Assembly: GCA_016201825.1 (NCBI GenBank)
Contig: JACQCD010000002.1
Span: forward strand, 2,080-66,079
DNA: 64,000 nucleotides
Source: Nitrospirota bacterium
GTDB lineage: Bacteria; Nitrospirota; Nitrospiria; 2-01-FULL-66-17
Direction of reading: 5' to 3'
Under the pieces are notes generated by a model. The model had not been told where the DNA came from. It was given only the letters and a program-made list of their open reading frames with translations, and made no database searches. Each line of letters starts with the position of its first letter. Within the stretch, counting starts at the first letter, position 1. The position numbers were made by a program, and so were the translations under genes. Shown in pieces: positions 47,043-56,747 of the stretch.

Positions 47043-47714
47043 TCAATTGTAACACCGCCGGAAACTCGGGTCAACCGCTCGGCTTCCTTCCGACGCGGAG
47101 ACGGTGGCGACACACGCCCGCGCAGCCGACTGAATATCCCGAGCAGCTATGATCTCGGAGATCACGGCGACGCCATGAGCACCGGCGCCCATCACGGCTG
47201 CAATCCTGTCACGGGTGATCCCCCCCAGAGCGAAGACCGGAACCCCACTGTGTCGACACGCCTCAGCAAGCGCGCCCACCCCGACGGGCGGGCAGTATCG
47301 TATCTTCGACGGGGTCTCAAACACCGGGCCGAACGTCACGAAATCGGCGCCCTCGTCCGCCGCGCGCCACACCGCCTCAATCGAATGCGTCGAGACCCCG
47401 ATCAGTTTCCCTGGGCCAAGAATGCGGCGTACCGCCCTCGTCGGCAAACTGTCGGCCCGAAGGTGGACGCCGTCGGCGTCCACCGCCAGCATAACATCGA
47501 TGCGATCGTTAATCAGTAGGACGGCGCGCGCACTGTTCGTGAGAGCGCGAACTTCGGCGGCGAGTTCGAGGAGCGCCCGAGGGGCGAGGTCCTTCTCGCG
47601 CAACTGAATCGCGCGAACTCCTCCTCGCAACGCATCGGCCACCGTCTCGGGCAGCTGGCGTTGGCCGGCGAGATGGCGATCTGTGATCAGATAGAGCAAC
47701 CAATCGGGCGTCAT
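47043..47714 (-). CDS. thiE: Thiamine-phosphate synthase
   Basis: LYLITDRHL...IQLREKDL...DGVHLRADS...GVSTHS...GADFVTFGPVFETPSK, a canonical ThiE. Confidence 0.8.
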   Translation of the reverse strand: MTPDWLLYLITDRHLAGQRQLPETVADALRGGVRAIQLREKDLAPRALLELAAEVRALTNSARAVLLINDRIDVMLAVDADGVHLRADSLPTRAVRRILGPGKLIGVSTHSIEAVWRAADEGADFVTFGPVFETPSKIRYCPPVGVGALAEACRHSGVPVFALGGITRDRIAAVMGAGAHGVAVISEIIAARDIQSAARACVATVSASEGSRAVDPSFRRCYN

Positions 47715-47803
47715 CCGGGTCCCCCGTGTATCACGCCGATCATCAATATATAGGGAACAACCGTGGTCGCTCGTCGTTTATTCAGGGTACCCTGTAGGTC
47801 GCG

Positions 47804-48880
47804 TTACTCGATCAAATCCTCCAGAGGACTTGACGCATTGGCATAGAGCCTCTTGGGAATTCGGCCCGCGCGATACGCGAGTCGTCCCGCCCGAACCGCA
47901 TCCCGCATGGCTTCCGCCATCATGAGCGGATCTTTGGCGCCCGCGATGGCGGTGTTCATCAACACGCCGCCACAGCCCAGTTCCATGGCAACGGCAGCGT
48001 CCGACGCCGTCCCGACTCCCGCATCCACGATGACCGGGACCTTGACCGTCTCCATGATAATCCGGAGATTATAGGGGTTACGGATCCCCAGGCCCGATCC
48101 GATCGGTGCGGCCAACGGCATCACCGCCGCACATCCGACATCTTCAAGTTTTTTGGCCACGATCGGATCGTCCGTGGTGTAGGGCAGAACGACGAAACCT
48201 TCCTTGACCAAGATTTTGGCCGCCTGCAGCAAGGCCTCGGTGTCGGGAAACAGCGTCCGCTGATCACCGATCACTTCCAGCTTGACCAAATCAGACACCC
48301 CGGCCGACCGCGCAAGCCGCGCGGTCCGAACAGCCTCTTCGGCGGTATAGCATCCTGCGGTATTCGGAAGAATTCGATAGACCTTGGGGTCAAGATAATC
48401 CAGCAGATTGTCGCTGGACCGATCGAGAATATTGACCCTCCGCACGGCGACGGTAACCATGTCGGCCCCTGAGGCGTCGATCACTCGTTTGGTTTCAGCG
48501 AAATCTTTAAATTTCCCCGTCCCGACGATCAGCCGAGATCTGAGATCCAGAGGGCCAATGCGTAGGCAATCCTCACCCCCGCCCCCCCCGACAAAACTGA
48601 CAATCTCGACGCGATCTCCCTCCTCAAGGGCTTTCCCGGCAAACGCGCTGCGCTCGATCACCGACAGATTCACCTCCACGGCAACCCGGTCCGGAATGAC
48701 TCCGAGATTGGCCAGCAGTTGGCCGATGGTCGTGCCTCGCGCCAGCGCGGATGCCTCTCCGTTGACCGTGACCACTACGTGAGCAACACCACTCGATCGC
48801 ACCGTCACCCTCCCACTCGGCTGCCCGAATCGGCAACGCTCAGTAAAACGATTATAACGAGCGCTGGAAAATGAAGTCAA
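47804..48880 (-). CDS. thiG: ThiS-ThiG fusion (sulfur-carrier domain plus thiazole synthase)
   Basis: N-terminal ThiS: [45 protein letters not shown]...[12 protein letters not shown]. Then ThiG: [19 protein letters not shown]...[15 protein letters not shown]...[14 protein letters not shown]. The track start is a TTG; the real start is probably an internal GTG near residue 32-37. Confidence 0.75.
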   Translation of the reverse strand: MTSFSSARYNRFTERCRFGQPSGRVTVRSSGVAHVVVTVNGEASALARGTTIGQLLANLGVIPDRVAVEVNLSVIERSAFAGKALEEGDRVEIVSFVGGGGGEDCLRIGPLDLRSRLIVGTGKFKDFAETKRVIDASGADMVTVAVRRVNILDRSSDNLLDYLDPKVYRILPNTAGCYTAEEAVRTARLARSAGVSDLVKLEVIGDQRTLFPDTEALLQAAKILVKEGFVVLPYTTDDPIVAKKLEDVGCAAVMPLAAPIGSGLGIRNPYNLRIIMETVKVPVIVDAGVGTASDAAVAMELGCGGVLMNTAIAGAKDPLMMAEAMRDAVRAGRLAYRAGRIPKRLYANASSPLEDLIE

Positions 48881-49209
48881 ACCAGAGCGGGGAACAGGCC
48901 GCGGACGAATGTCAGATATTCCTGAGGGGGGTTAATCAGCTCGATGCCCATCTCGGCTTTTCTGAGGTGCCGAGCTAACGCCGGCGGAATGCGCATCGCC
49001 CAGGTCACGTACCCTCGCAACGAGAATCCCTCCCGATCGGGCAGACGCATCTCCAGAACCCGAAGCGTCTTGGCGGGATAAATGGCGGTGGTTTTAACGA
49101 AGAGCCCGGCCTCCGAAACGTCGATCGTAAAGCCGAGCTGGGACGGGTGGTTAACGCCAAATCGAACTTCGATTCGCTTGGTACGCCGAACCTGTTTTTG
49201 TTTTTCCAT
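48877..49209 (-). CDS. PilZ-domain protein (putative c-di-GMP receptor)
   Basis: 110 aa with an N-terminal RRTKR (RxxxR) motif and DVSEAGLF (D-x-S-x-x-G), the two c-di-GMP-binding PilZ motifs. Confidence 0.6.
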   Translation of the reverse strand: MEKQKQVRRTKRIEVRFGVNHPSQLGFTIDVSEAGLFVKTTAIYPAKTLRVLEMRLPDREGFSLRGYVTWAMRIPPALARHLRKAEMGIELINPPQEYLTFVRGLFPALV

Positions 49210-49214
49210 CGGCG

Positions 49215-50030
49215 TTACCGCCGGGGCGCAATGACCGTTTCAGCGGAATACGGGCTTTCGCAGCCACGGGCATCCACCGCCGTGACCCGGTAGGTCATCG
49301 CCCCTTTCGCATCAAGCCCGGTGTCCACGTAACTTGTCGCGCTTTGGGGGGAGGGGGTCACCCGAACTCGACCACGGTCATCTTCGCGATAGAGATGGTA
49401 CCGGAGCCCCGGATCCCTAGGTCCTGACCACGCTAGGTACACACTGGCCCGCCCTTGGCGGGGGCTCCACAGGTTGAACGGCGGAGGAGGCGGCGTTGCG
49501 GTCGGCATGGACGATGCGGTGACAATGAACCGGTGAGGGGTCCCCACGTGGTTCGTAAAAGAGTACGGCGACGGCGAGGCCGCCAGGTCATACGTCTGGC
49601 CGGTCAGAGCGTCCTGGAGCGTCCAGGCAACCTGCGCGCACTGGGCGGCAACGGTGGAGGGGGGCGTCCACGACAACGAGATCGCAGCGTCCGCCTGATC
49701 CGACGTCACCTCGATGTCCCACACCTGAGGAAAGGTGTCGCCACGCACATCCCACCACAGCGATTGCCGGCCGGCGGGATAGCTTGGGTGTCGGATCACC
49801 GCGGTCAACACGTCGGACGGAAACGCGGCCACCGCGTCCCACGAGGTATCGAAATTATCCGTGCCACCCGGTTCGACTCCGAGGCGCAAATGGTTCTGCG
49901 CCATCCCCCCTTCGGCGGCCTGCGAGGGAACCGAGACCGTCAGATCGATTTCCGAGGCGTGCGCCGGGAGCGCCATCATGCCACACCCCGCCATCAACAC
50001 CGCGCCCACCCATGCTCTCCGTGACTTCAC
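49215..50030 (-). CDS. Secreted protein with C-terminal fibronectin type III domain
   Basis: A GTG start 4 nt after AGGAGG, with the RBS overlapping the stop of the giant gene. The signal peptide is KSRRAWVGAVLMAGCGMMALPAHA. The C-terminal FN3-like region runs PPPFNLWSPRQGRASVYLAWSGP...YHLYRED...YVDTGLDAKGAMTYRVTAVD. Confidence 0.5.
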   Translation of the reverse strand: MKSRRAWVGAVLMAGCGMMALPAHASEIDLTVSVPSQAAEGGMAQNHLRLGVEPGGTDNFDTSWDAVAAFPSDVLTAVIRHPSYPAGRQSLWWDVRGDTFPQVWDIEVTSDQADAAISLSWTPPSTVAAQCAQVAWTLQDALTGQTYDLAASPSPYSFTNHVGTPHRFIVTASSMPTATPPPPPFNLWSPRQGRASVYLAWSGPRDPGLRYHLYREDDRGRVRVTPSPQSATSYVDTGLDAKGAMTYRVTAVDARGCESPYSAETVIAPRR

Positions 50031-50039
50031 GATGCCTCC

Positions 50040-53000
50040 TTAGGGACGGGTGAACACGAGCACGGCATCCGACCCGAAACTCTGGACCCATGCTCCGTTC
50101 CACGGCTTGAACGTCGCCGGTGGACTGGTCGAGAGTCCGTACGGTTGCGTCGTCACCCCGTCATACAGATAGATCGCCGGGCCGACCCAGCCGTTTGTCA
50201 CCGCATTCTGATACGGCACCGGCGCTCCGGCCCCACGTTTGACCTGAACCTGGCTCAACAGAATATCCTGCTCGTACGGGTTCCCGACCATGTTGAATCC
50301 CAACTCGAGCGGCACATCAAAGGTCGGACTAGAGACCACCGGACCTGGCGCGTCCAAGACCGCCTGCGTGCCCAGGGAGCGAAGAAAATACGCTGATCCG
50401 GCGTGGATCGGACCAAGAACCCCGCACGGGGAAAACGCGGGCGTTGACACCGTCCCCTCGTAGCACCCGTCGGTCGGAAGGGGGCCGGACGGATTCCAAC
50501 GGTAGGCGTACACGGGAATCCCGACATCGTCGCCGAACACTCCATCGGCCGTGTCGCTGCCGACCACGGGAATCCGGGGAACCGACACCATGGTATAGCC
50601 GAGTCGCAATGCCGTCCGTCCCACGGCCACGTTCGACAAGCCCGATCGATTGCCTCCATCGTCGATGGCTTGGATCGCGAAGTAATAATTTGTATTCGAG
50701 GTCAGCCCACCCACGAGTACTTGCTGCGCCTGGCCGGAAGGACCGGGAGCAGCCGCCGCCATAACCGTTCCCTGGCTGAAATTAACCGATGTGAGGGGGA
50801 ATGTTGCGTAGCGTACGTCGTACGCCGCGGCGGTTCCGACCGAGCCGTCGTCGCCGGTTGCCGTCCACGTGAGCAAGAGCGACGCGCCCTTCGCCGCGCC
50901 GGAGAACACGGCCAGATCCGTGATCACGGCCGGGGCAATTGTGTCTGCGGACGGAGGGGCGGTTGAGGCGTCTAAAACATTCGACACCGTACCAAGCTGA
51001 CTGAACGCGTCCATGGCCCTCACCGCCACGTGGTAGGTCGTCCCCGGAACGAGGCCGTCGATGACCAGGCTTGCCGTCGTCCCGCTGCTCTGGGGAGTGT
51101 GGAGCGTGTACGGCGTCGCCGTGTCGAAATTGAAGGGGGTCGAGGTCGAGTATCGCACCAGGTAGCCGGCCAGCGGGCCCGAGTCGTCGACGGGAACGGT
51201 CCATTGAACACTCACGGTATTCGCCGTGGGCGCCGCGGCGCCAGGTCGGAGGTCGGCAATCGCCGGCGGGGGTTGATCAACTGGGGTTGTCACCGTCACC
51301 GGCGCCGACCACCCCGACGCATTCGGAATTTCATCCAACGCCCGGAGCTCAAACACGTAGGTGTTGCCTCCGCGCAGCGTGGAGACCGTCAGCGTTTCGG
51401 TTCCACCGGGAGTCTTGGTGGGGGTGATCGCTTGTACACTCGTAACTGTTCCGAGTGTGCGGCGCAACTCGTATCGGCCGACCATCCCCCCGGCTAACCC
51501 ATCGTCCCCAACCGCCGTCCACGTGAAGCTCACGGATATCGGCGTGGGCGCGCCTGCCACCAACGCTGGCGTCGCGGGAGGCGTGGTGTCGGCCGTCACC
51601 GGCGGCGGGGTGATCCCGGGACCCGCTCCACTCGAGTGTTGCGCCAAGCTCACGGCGACCGCGCGACCGGCGACCAGCGTATTTCGGGATAGCACGGCAT
51701 CGAACGCCGACACCAGACCGGAGCCGCTCGCTTGCGCCTCAAGGGCGGTCGCGGCGTCCCAGGCGGTTCCCGTCCACCGTGTGAGCGTGACACGACCCTG
51801 CGTGTCGAACACGCTGAGCGCCAAGCCGTCGGTCCCGCGGGCGGACGCGAGCTCGATCCACGCCGGGTATGGGGTGAAACTCACTGCTGCTCCCGCAGCG
51901 TGGCTAGCGGCAGATGTCCCGAGAGTACCACGAGTCAGACCCGACAGGATCGTCACCGTGCCTATCCCACTCGGCATCTGGCACGAGGTCGTGGTTTCGG
52001 CCTTGCTGGTATACCGAATGGTCTCGACATCCACCGCGACAAGGCCCGAGAACGGGAACGCGATGTCGTTACAAATGGACAGCGCTGTTCCGGACGCCAA
52101 TACAGCGGAATCGAGCTTCGCCGCCAACACCGTCGTCGGCAGCGGCGACGGGATGGGGGACTCAGCCGACCAGCCCCCGGCGGACGACCACGCCCGCGAG
52201 GCGCCGCGCTGGCCGGCCTGAGTGGTGTACGCGGCCAACAGCTCCCCGCTCGTTCCCTCCCACGCGAGATCAAAGCTCCGGCCACCGGCCTCGCTCATCA
52301 GACTCGTGGTCAAGGTGTCGGCGGTCGCCGACCATTGCGCCCCGTCCCAGATCAGGACATTGAGCGCCAACGCCGATGTCCCGCTGCTTGCGGCCAGCGC
52401 AATGCGATTTGAGGTCGCGGAGAGATCGCCCACCAGTCGGAGGGCCGTGAGGGGACCGCTCCCCGCAGACGGCGTCGTGCCTTCGACGCCCCATCCGCCG
52501 ATGTCCGCTAGATCCCGACTCCACACGCGGTAGTGCGGCGTGCTTTCTCCTGCTGCTGCCCACGCGGCCATCATCCTTCCCGTCACCCGTTCGAACGCAA
52601 CATCGACGATTGGCGCGTCGTGACCTGCCGCGTTGGTGGTCAACAGGACGGAGTCTTCCCACGCCTGGCGACTGCCTCGCCAGACCACCGCGGCGACGTC
52701 GTCGTTCTGGTCTTCGTAGACAAGAACCATGTCGTTCGTCGCCGGGCGTGCCTCAAGGCGAACCCACAGCGGTCGGCCCGTGGTCTGTTGGCCGTTGACC
52801 AGATCCTCGACCAGCGCTTCGGCGCTCCAGCTTGCGCCGTCCCATATGCGATAGCGCAGCGAGGTGGAGTCAGTTCGCGCGTAGACGACCACAGCGTGTC
52901 CGGTCTGCTGCTCGTACGCCACGTCCACGGCCTGCGTGGGCCGCGCCAGCCCGACCGACGACGTGGCCTCGATCGCGCCGGTCCACACCTGGCCGTTCCA

Positions 53001-56000
53001 CACACTGAGCATCAGGCGGCGCTGATCATCCACGACGGCCAGGATCCGCTCATCCCGAATCGGATTGGCCTTCATCACCTGCCAGACCGGGGAGGCGGAA
53101 AGGGACGGGCCGGTCAGCCGGCTCGACCATGCTCCGCCTATCCATCGCTGGTACTGAACGGCCGGAACGCCTTGCTGGCCGTATGACGCGATCGCCGAGA
53201 TCAGGTCGGCCGGCGGGGTTCCGACGTAAAACGCCCTGTCCGCGGTGATGCGCCCCCCGTCAGGATTCGTGACGGTTAGGGCATGGTATCCCGCCGCGGC
53301 ACCGGTCGCCACGGTCAATTGGGCGCTCAGGGTCGCCGTGTCGATCCGCGTCAGCCCGCTCACTGTGAGCTCGCTGTCAAAGGCAATCCCCACGCCGGGT
53401 TGGAAGCCCGCGCCCACGATGGTGAGCGCAATCGCGGGACCCTGATTCCCGTAGGCAGGCGTCAACGTCGAAACGGAGGGCCCCGCGTTGATCGTCATCA
53501 GACCCGATCCCCGTCCGTCGTCGGAATTGGTCACGACCACCGGATAACTCCCCGGCAGAACACTTGGTGCGACCGCCACGTTCGCACACGCGATCGTGGA
53601 GTCATTCGTCGCCGCGCACGTTCCGGTGACACCGGCGGGGAGCGTCACGGTGGCTGCGACCAGGGTGCCCGCATCAAAGTTTCCCCCGCTCACGGTGAGC
53701 GACATCCCGGACGCCCCGACGCCCAGCGCCGGACTGACCGATGCGACCGTCGGCGGCGGATTGATCATCACGCGACACGTGGAGCACCCCGAGGTAAACC
53801 CGCTGGGGGTCGTCAACGTCACGTCGCGAAAACCCGGGGCGGCGGTCTCCACCACGTTGATCGTGACCGTTCCCCCGTCGCCGTCCGCGTTGGCGCGGAA
53901 ATTGGCGATGGGATTGGTCACCTGAACATCATAGGTGCCGGGTCTTAACAGCGGATCCGTCGGGTCAAGCGACCGATCCGTGTCCCAGTAAAACTTGATC
54001 TGCTCCGGGCTGACGTACACGCACGGCGTGGAGGAGGTCGGCGTTGAACCTTGGACCGCCACGCAGGAGAGATCGCCCACGACGACCGCCGCTCCGGGCC
54101 GGAATCCGGAATCGGCATCGCTGAAGCCGACAATCGTCACGGCCCGGCTCGTGGTAATCCCGGCCGTGACGACGGCGGGGGCCAGTTTCTCGACGCGAGG
54201 CCGCGGAGCTCTGATGGTGAATCCACCGGGCAAGCTCCCTAGCCCCGCCCCGACGTAGGAGGGATTTGTCACCTGCACCGCGTACGAACCGGGCTGTATC
54301 GCGGTTCCTGGTGAGGTTGCTCCATTATCCCAATAGAATTCCAAATGCGTATTACTCACATAGACGCACGGCACGGTCGGACTCGCCACCGTTCCCGAAA
54401 CCGCCGTGCACGTGAACGTCCCAACCGTGATCACTGGCCCATCGGCCCCGACGGGCGCATAGAATCTTGAGCCCCTGATCGCGACGGATTGACTCGGGGT
54501 CACCGCAAAGTCGACCGTCGAAGGCGTCACGCTCTGGATGATGGGGAGCGGAGGAGCGACGGTAAATGCCTTGTCGAGGAAGAACCATAAGCCGCCGGCG
54601 CTCTGAGGGTTCGTTACCTGCACCGGATAGACACCCGGCGCCAGTCCCGTGTTGGCCCAGTAGAAACTGAGCCGCGTCGCGCTCACGAACGCAAAAGGAA
54701 CCGTGGCCGTGGCTTGCGAACCACTCACTGTGACCCCGGACAGGCACGTCCTCGGCTGGCACACCCCTCCGGTCAGCGTCCCAATCGTGACGGTGGCTCC
54801 AGTGGTGAAATTCGTCCCGAAGATCGAGATCGACTGACTCGCGGTCACGTCGTACGTCACCGGGCTCAGGACGACGGTGGTGATGGTCGGCTGCGGAGCA
54901 TCCACCCTGAACCCGTCGGCCAGACTCACCGTTGCGCCGCCACTCGCCGCGGGATTGGTCACCGTGACGGTGTACGAGCCGATGGCCAGCGACGTGTTGG
55001 GCCAGTAGAAACTCAGCCGGCTGCTGCTCACAAACACAAAAGGGGTCGTCGCGGTCGCCGTTGCGCCCGCCACCGTCGTCCCCGGCAGCGTGGTCGTCGT
55101 CGTTGGGCTGCTGATCGTGATCGTGGCGCCCACCAGGAAATTCGTCCCGAAGATCGACACCGCCGTACTCGGCGTGACCCCGTAGGTCGCCGAACTCGGA
55201 AACGTCGAGGTGACCGTCAACTGGGCTCCCGCGACGGTGAAGCCGTCGACCAGCGTAGCGGCCAGACCACCCGCCGCGGCGGGATTCGTGACCTCCACGG
55301 TATAGGTGGCCGCATCCAGCGACGTGTTGGGCCAGTAAAACCTGAGTTGGCCGCTGCTCACGAAGACAAAGGGCGTCGTCGCAGTCGCCGTCGTGCCCGC
55401 CACCGTGGTCCCCGACAGCGTTTTCGTCGACGAGGGGCTGCTGATCCTGACCCGGGCTCCAACAACGAAACCCGACCCGAAAATGCTGATACTCCCGGTC
55501 GCCGACACTCCGTACGTAACGGGGTTCGGGCTGGTGCTAGTGACCGTGGGTTGCGGGGCGGCCACACTGAAGCCGTCTGCCAGGCTCGCCCCCAACCCTC
55601 CGGCGGCCGAGGGATTGGTGACTTGGACGGTGTACGAGCCGATGGCCAGCGACGTGTTGGGCCAGTAGAAACTCAGCCGGCTGCTGCTCACGTAGACGAA
55701 CGGGGTTGCGGCGGTCGCTGTGCTGCCTGCCACCGTCGTCCCCGACAAACTCCCCACCGTGATCGTGGCCCCCACGATGAAACTCGACCCGATGATCGAG
55801 ATCGAATTACTGGAACTGATGCCATAGGTGACTAGCGTGGGGCTCACGCTGCTGACCGTGGGTTGCGGAGCCGCCACACTGAAGCCGTTTGCCAGACTCG
55901 CCCCCAACCCTCCGGCGGCCGAGGGATTGGTGACTTGGACGGTGTACACGCCCGGCAGCAGCGCCGTGTTGGGCCAGTAGAACTTGAGTTGGCTGCTGCT

Positions 56001-56573
56001 CACGTAGACGAAGGGTGTTGCGGCGGTCGCTGTGCTGCCCGCCACCGTCGTCCCCGACAGGCCCCCCACCGTGATCGTCGCCCCCACCACGAAATTCGTC
56101 CCAAAGATCGATACCGACGCGCTGGGCGAGATCGCATACGTCTCGGCGCTCGGCGACACGCTGCTGACCGTGGGCTGGGGAGCCCGGACGGTGAATCCGC
56201 CCGTGAAGGTAACCGATTCTAATGTCGGATTTGTGACTTGGACGTCGTACACCCCGGGAGCCAGGCTTGTGTTCGGCCAATAGAACTTGAGCTGGCTCGC
56301 GCTCACGTACACGAAGGGCGTCGTCGCCGTGGCCGTCGAACCCGCAACCGCCGCGCCGGATCGGCTGCCGACCGTGATCGTCGCGTTCAGTTGGAAATTC
56401 GCGCCAAAGATCGTGACCGACGAACTCTCGGTGACCGCGTAGGTGACCGACGCGGGGGTGACCGAGCTGATCGTGGGTGGAAGCGCCATCGCGGGTGCGG
56501 ACACCCCGCACACCGCCGCAAACACCACGCCGCCCACAAGGGTCCACCCACTTCGTCGTTGAGAAATCGACAC
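50040..56573 (-). CDS. Giant secreted/surface protein: signal peptide, ~10 IPT/TIG domains, Trp-rich repeat (propeller-like) region, 3 FN3 domains, and an unknown C-terminal domain
   Basis: The start is reassigned to the GTG at residue 46 of the track ORF. It is preceded by a T-run and AAGGAGG plus 5 nt, giving the signal peptide (M)SISQRRSGWTLVGGVVFAAVCGVSAPAMA|LPPT. Next come ~95-aa tandem repeats (PQPTVSSVSP...TYG...SIFGTNF.VGATITVG.LSGTTVAGSTATAATPFVYVSSS.L.FYWPNT.L..G.YTVQVTNP). A central region has recurring W.G..W units (RIWDGASWSAE, LIWDGAQWSAT, TRWTGTAWDAA). Three FN3-like modules follow (YELRRT...TYVFELRALD; YLVRYSTS...TYHVAVRAMD; YDVRYATF...NYYFAIQAID). No C-terminal TM or sortase motif is present. 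Confidence 0.7.
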   Translation of the reverse strand: MSISQRRSGWTLVGGVVFAAVCGVSAPAMALPPTISSVTPASVTYAVTESSSVTIFGANFQLNATITVGSRSGAAVAGSTATATTPFVYVSASQLKFYWPNTSLAPGVYDVQVTNPTLESVTFTGGFTVRAPQPTVSSVSPSAETYAISPSASVSIFGTNFVVGATITVGGLSGTTVAGSTATAATPFVYVSSSQLKFYWPNTALLPGVYTVQVTNPSAAGGLGASLANGFSVAAPQPTVSSVSPTLVTYGISSSNSISIIGSSFIVGATITVGSLSGTTVAGSTATAATPFVYVSSSRLSFYWPNTSLAIGSYTVQVTNPSAAGGLGASLADGFSVAAPQPTVTSTSPNPVTYGVSATGSISIFGSGFVVGARVRISSPSSTKTLSGTTVAGTTATATTPFVFVSSGQLRFYWPNTSLDAATYTVEVTNPAAAGGLAATLVDGFTVAGAQLTVTSTFPSSATYGVTPSTAVSIFGTNFLVGATITISSPTTTTTLPGTTVAGATATATTPFVFVSSSRLSFYWPNTSLAIGSYTVTVTNPAASGGATVSLADGFRVDAPQPTITTVVLSPVTYDVTASQSISIFGTNFTTGATVTIGTLTGGVCQPRTCLSGVTVSGSQATATVPFAFVSATRLSFYWANTGLAPGVYPVQVTNPQSAGGLWFFLDKAFTVAPPLPIIQSVTPSTVDFAVTPSQSVAIRGSRFYAPVGADGPVITVGTFTCTAVSGTVASPTVPCVYVSNTHLEFYWDNGATSPGTAIQPGSYAVQVTNPSYVGAGLGSLPGGFTIRAPRPRVEKLAPAVVTAGITTSRAVTIVGFSDADSGFRPGAAVVVGDLSCVAVQGSTPTSSTPCVYVSPEQIKFYWDTDRSLDPTDPLLRPGTYDVQVTNPIANFRANADGDGGTVTINVVETAAPGFRDVTLTTPSGFTSGCSTCRVMINPPPTVASVSPALGVGASGMSLTVSGGNFDAGTLVAATVTLPAGVTGTCAATNDSTIACANVAVAPSVLPGSYPVVVTNSDDGRGSGLMTINAGPSVSTLTPAYGNQGPAIALTIVGAGFQPGVGIAFDSELTVSGLTRIDTATLSAQLTVATGAAAGYHALTVTNPDGGRITADRAFYVGTPPADLISAIASYGQQGVPAVQYQRWIGGAWSSRLTGPSLSASPVWQVMKANPIRDERILAVVDDQRRLMLSVWNGQVWTGAIEATSSVGLARPTQAVDVAYEQQTGHAVVVYARTDSTSLRYRIWDGASWSAEALVEDLVNGQQTTGRPLWVRLEARPATNDMVLVYEDQNDDVAAVVWRGSRQAWEDSVLLTTNAAGHDAPIVDVAFERVTGRMMAAWAAAGESTPHYRVWSRDLADIGGWGVEGTTPSAGSGPLTALRLVGDLSATSNRIALAASSGTSALALNVLIWDGAQWSATADTLTTSLMSEAGGRSFDLAWEGTSGELLAAYTTQAGQRGASRAWSSAGGWSAESPIPSPLPTTVLAAKLDSAVLASGTALSICNDIAFPFSGLVAVDVETIRYTSKAETTTSCQMPSGIGTVTILSGLTRGTLGTSAASHAAGAAVSFTPYPAWIELASARGTDGLALSVFDTQGRVTLTRWTGTAWDAATALEAQASGSGLVSAFDAVLSRNTLVAGRAVAVSLAQHSSGAGPGITPPPVTADTTPPATPALVAGAPTPISVSFTWTAVGDDGLAGGMVGRYELRRTLGTVTSVQAITPTKTPGGTETLTVSTLRGGNTYVFELRALDEIPNASGWSAPVTVTTPVDQPPPAIADLRPGAAAPTANTVSVQWTVPVDDSGPLAGYLVRYSTSTPFNFDTATPYTLHTPQSSGTTASLVIDGLVPGTTYHVAVRAMDAFSQLGTVSNVLDASTAPPSADTIAPAVITDLAVFSGAAKGASLLLTWTATGDDGSVGTAAAYDVRYATFPLTSVNFSQGTVMAAAAPGPSGQAQQVLVGGLTSNTNYYFAIQAIDDGGNRSGLSNVAVGRTALRLGYTMVSVPRIPVVGSDTADGVFGDDVGIPVYAYRWNPSGPLPTDGCYEGTVSTPAFSPCGVLGPIHAGSAYFLRSLGTQAVLDAPGPVVSSPTFDVPLELGFNMVGNPYEQDILLSQVQVKRGAGAPVPYQNAVTNGWVGPAIYLYDGVTTQPYGLSTSPPATFKPWNGAWVQSFGSDAVLVFTRP
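54650..56480. repeat. Intragenic near-identical DNA tandem repeats (~300-330 nt period, at least 5 copies) encoding the IPT/TIG modules
   Basis: The motif gacgtgttgggccagta(g/a)aa recurs at about 54991, 55321 and 55651, with diverged copies at about 55961 and 56261. Stretches of ~95 nt at about 55541-55635 and 55853-55947 are ~95% identical at the nucleotide level. Confidence 0.6.
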
Positions 56574-56706
56574 CCGCCCCTCCTTAAAAAAAAGAGTAGT
56601 GATGACCGGGGATGACACGAATCCCCTCTGCCTTAGACCTGGACGGGCGCGATTTATTCCGATTTTGCGCGTGCGGCGCTCAAAGCCCGGAACAGGATCG
56701 GCCGCC

Positions 56707-56736
56707 ACTATATCGGTGATATTTCAAGGCTGTCAA
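56707..56736 (-). promoter_or_regulatory. Candidate sigma70-type promoter for the giant gene (-35 TTGACA, 18-nt spacer, -10 TATAGT)
   Basis: The minus-strand reading is cTTGACAgccttgaaatatcaccgaTATAGTggc. It lies between the DUF3105 stop (56748) and the giant-gene start (56573), implying a ~125-nt leader. Confidence 0.35.
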
Positions 56737-56747
56737 GCGCAGCGTGC

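Noticed and set aside
47715-47803. TPP riboswitch (THI element) upstream of thiE / thiSG.
   Set aside because: I searched minus-strand leaders of thiSG and thiE for the CUGAGA / ACCUGAUCUGGAUAAUGCCAGCG core and found no match. The spacers are short.
48877-48880. Strict translational coupling of PilZ and thiSG via a TTGA overlap.
   Set aside because: The thiSG track start is a TTG, and the ThiS domain begins about 30 codons later. The overlap is probably an artefact of maximal-ORF calling.
54650-56480. Regular ~300-nt repeats considered as a possible CRISPR array or satellite.
   Set aside because: The repeats are in-frame coding units (IPT/TIG domains) of one continuous ORF. There is no spacer/repeat alternation of CRISPR size and no cas genes.
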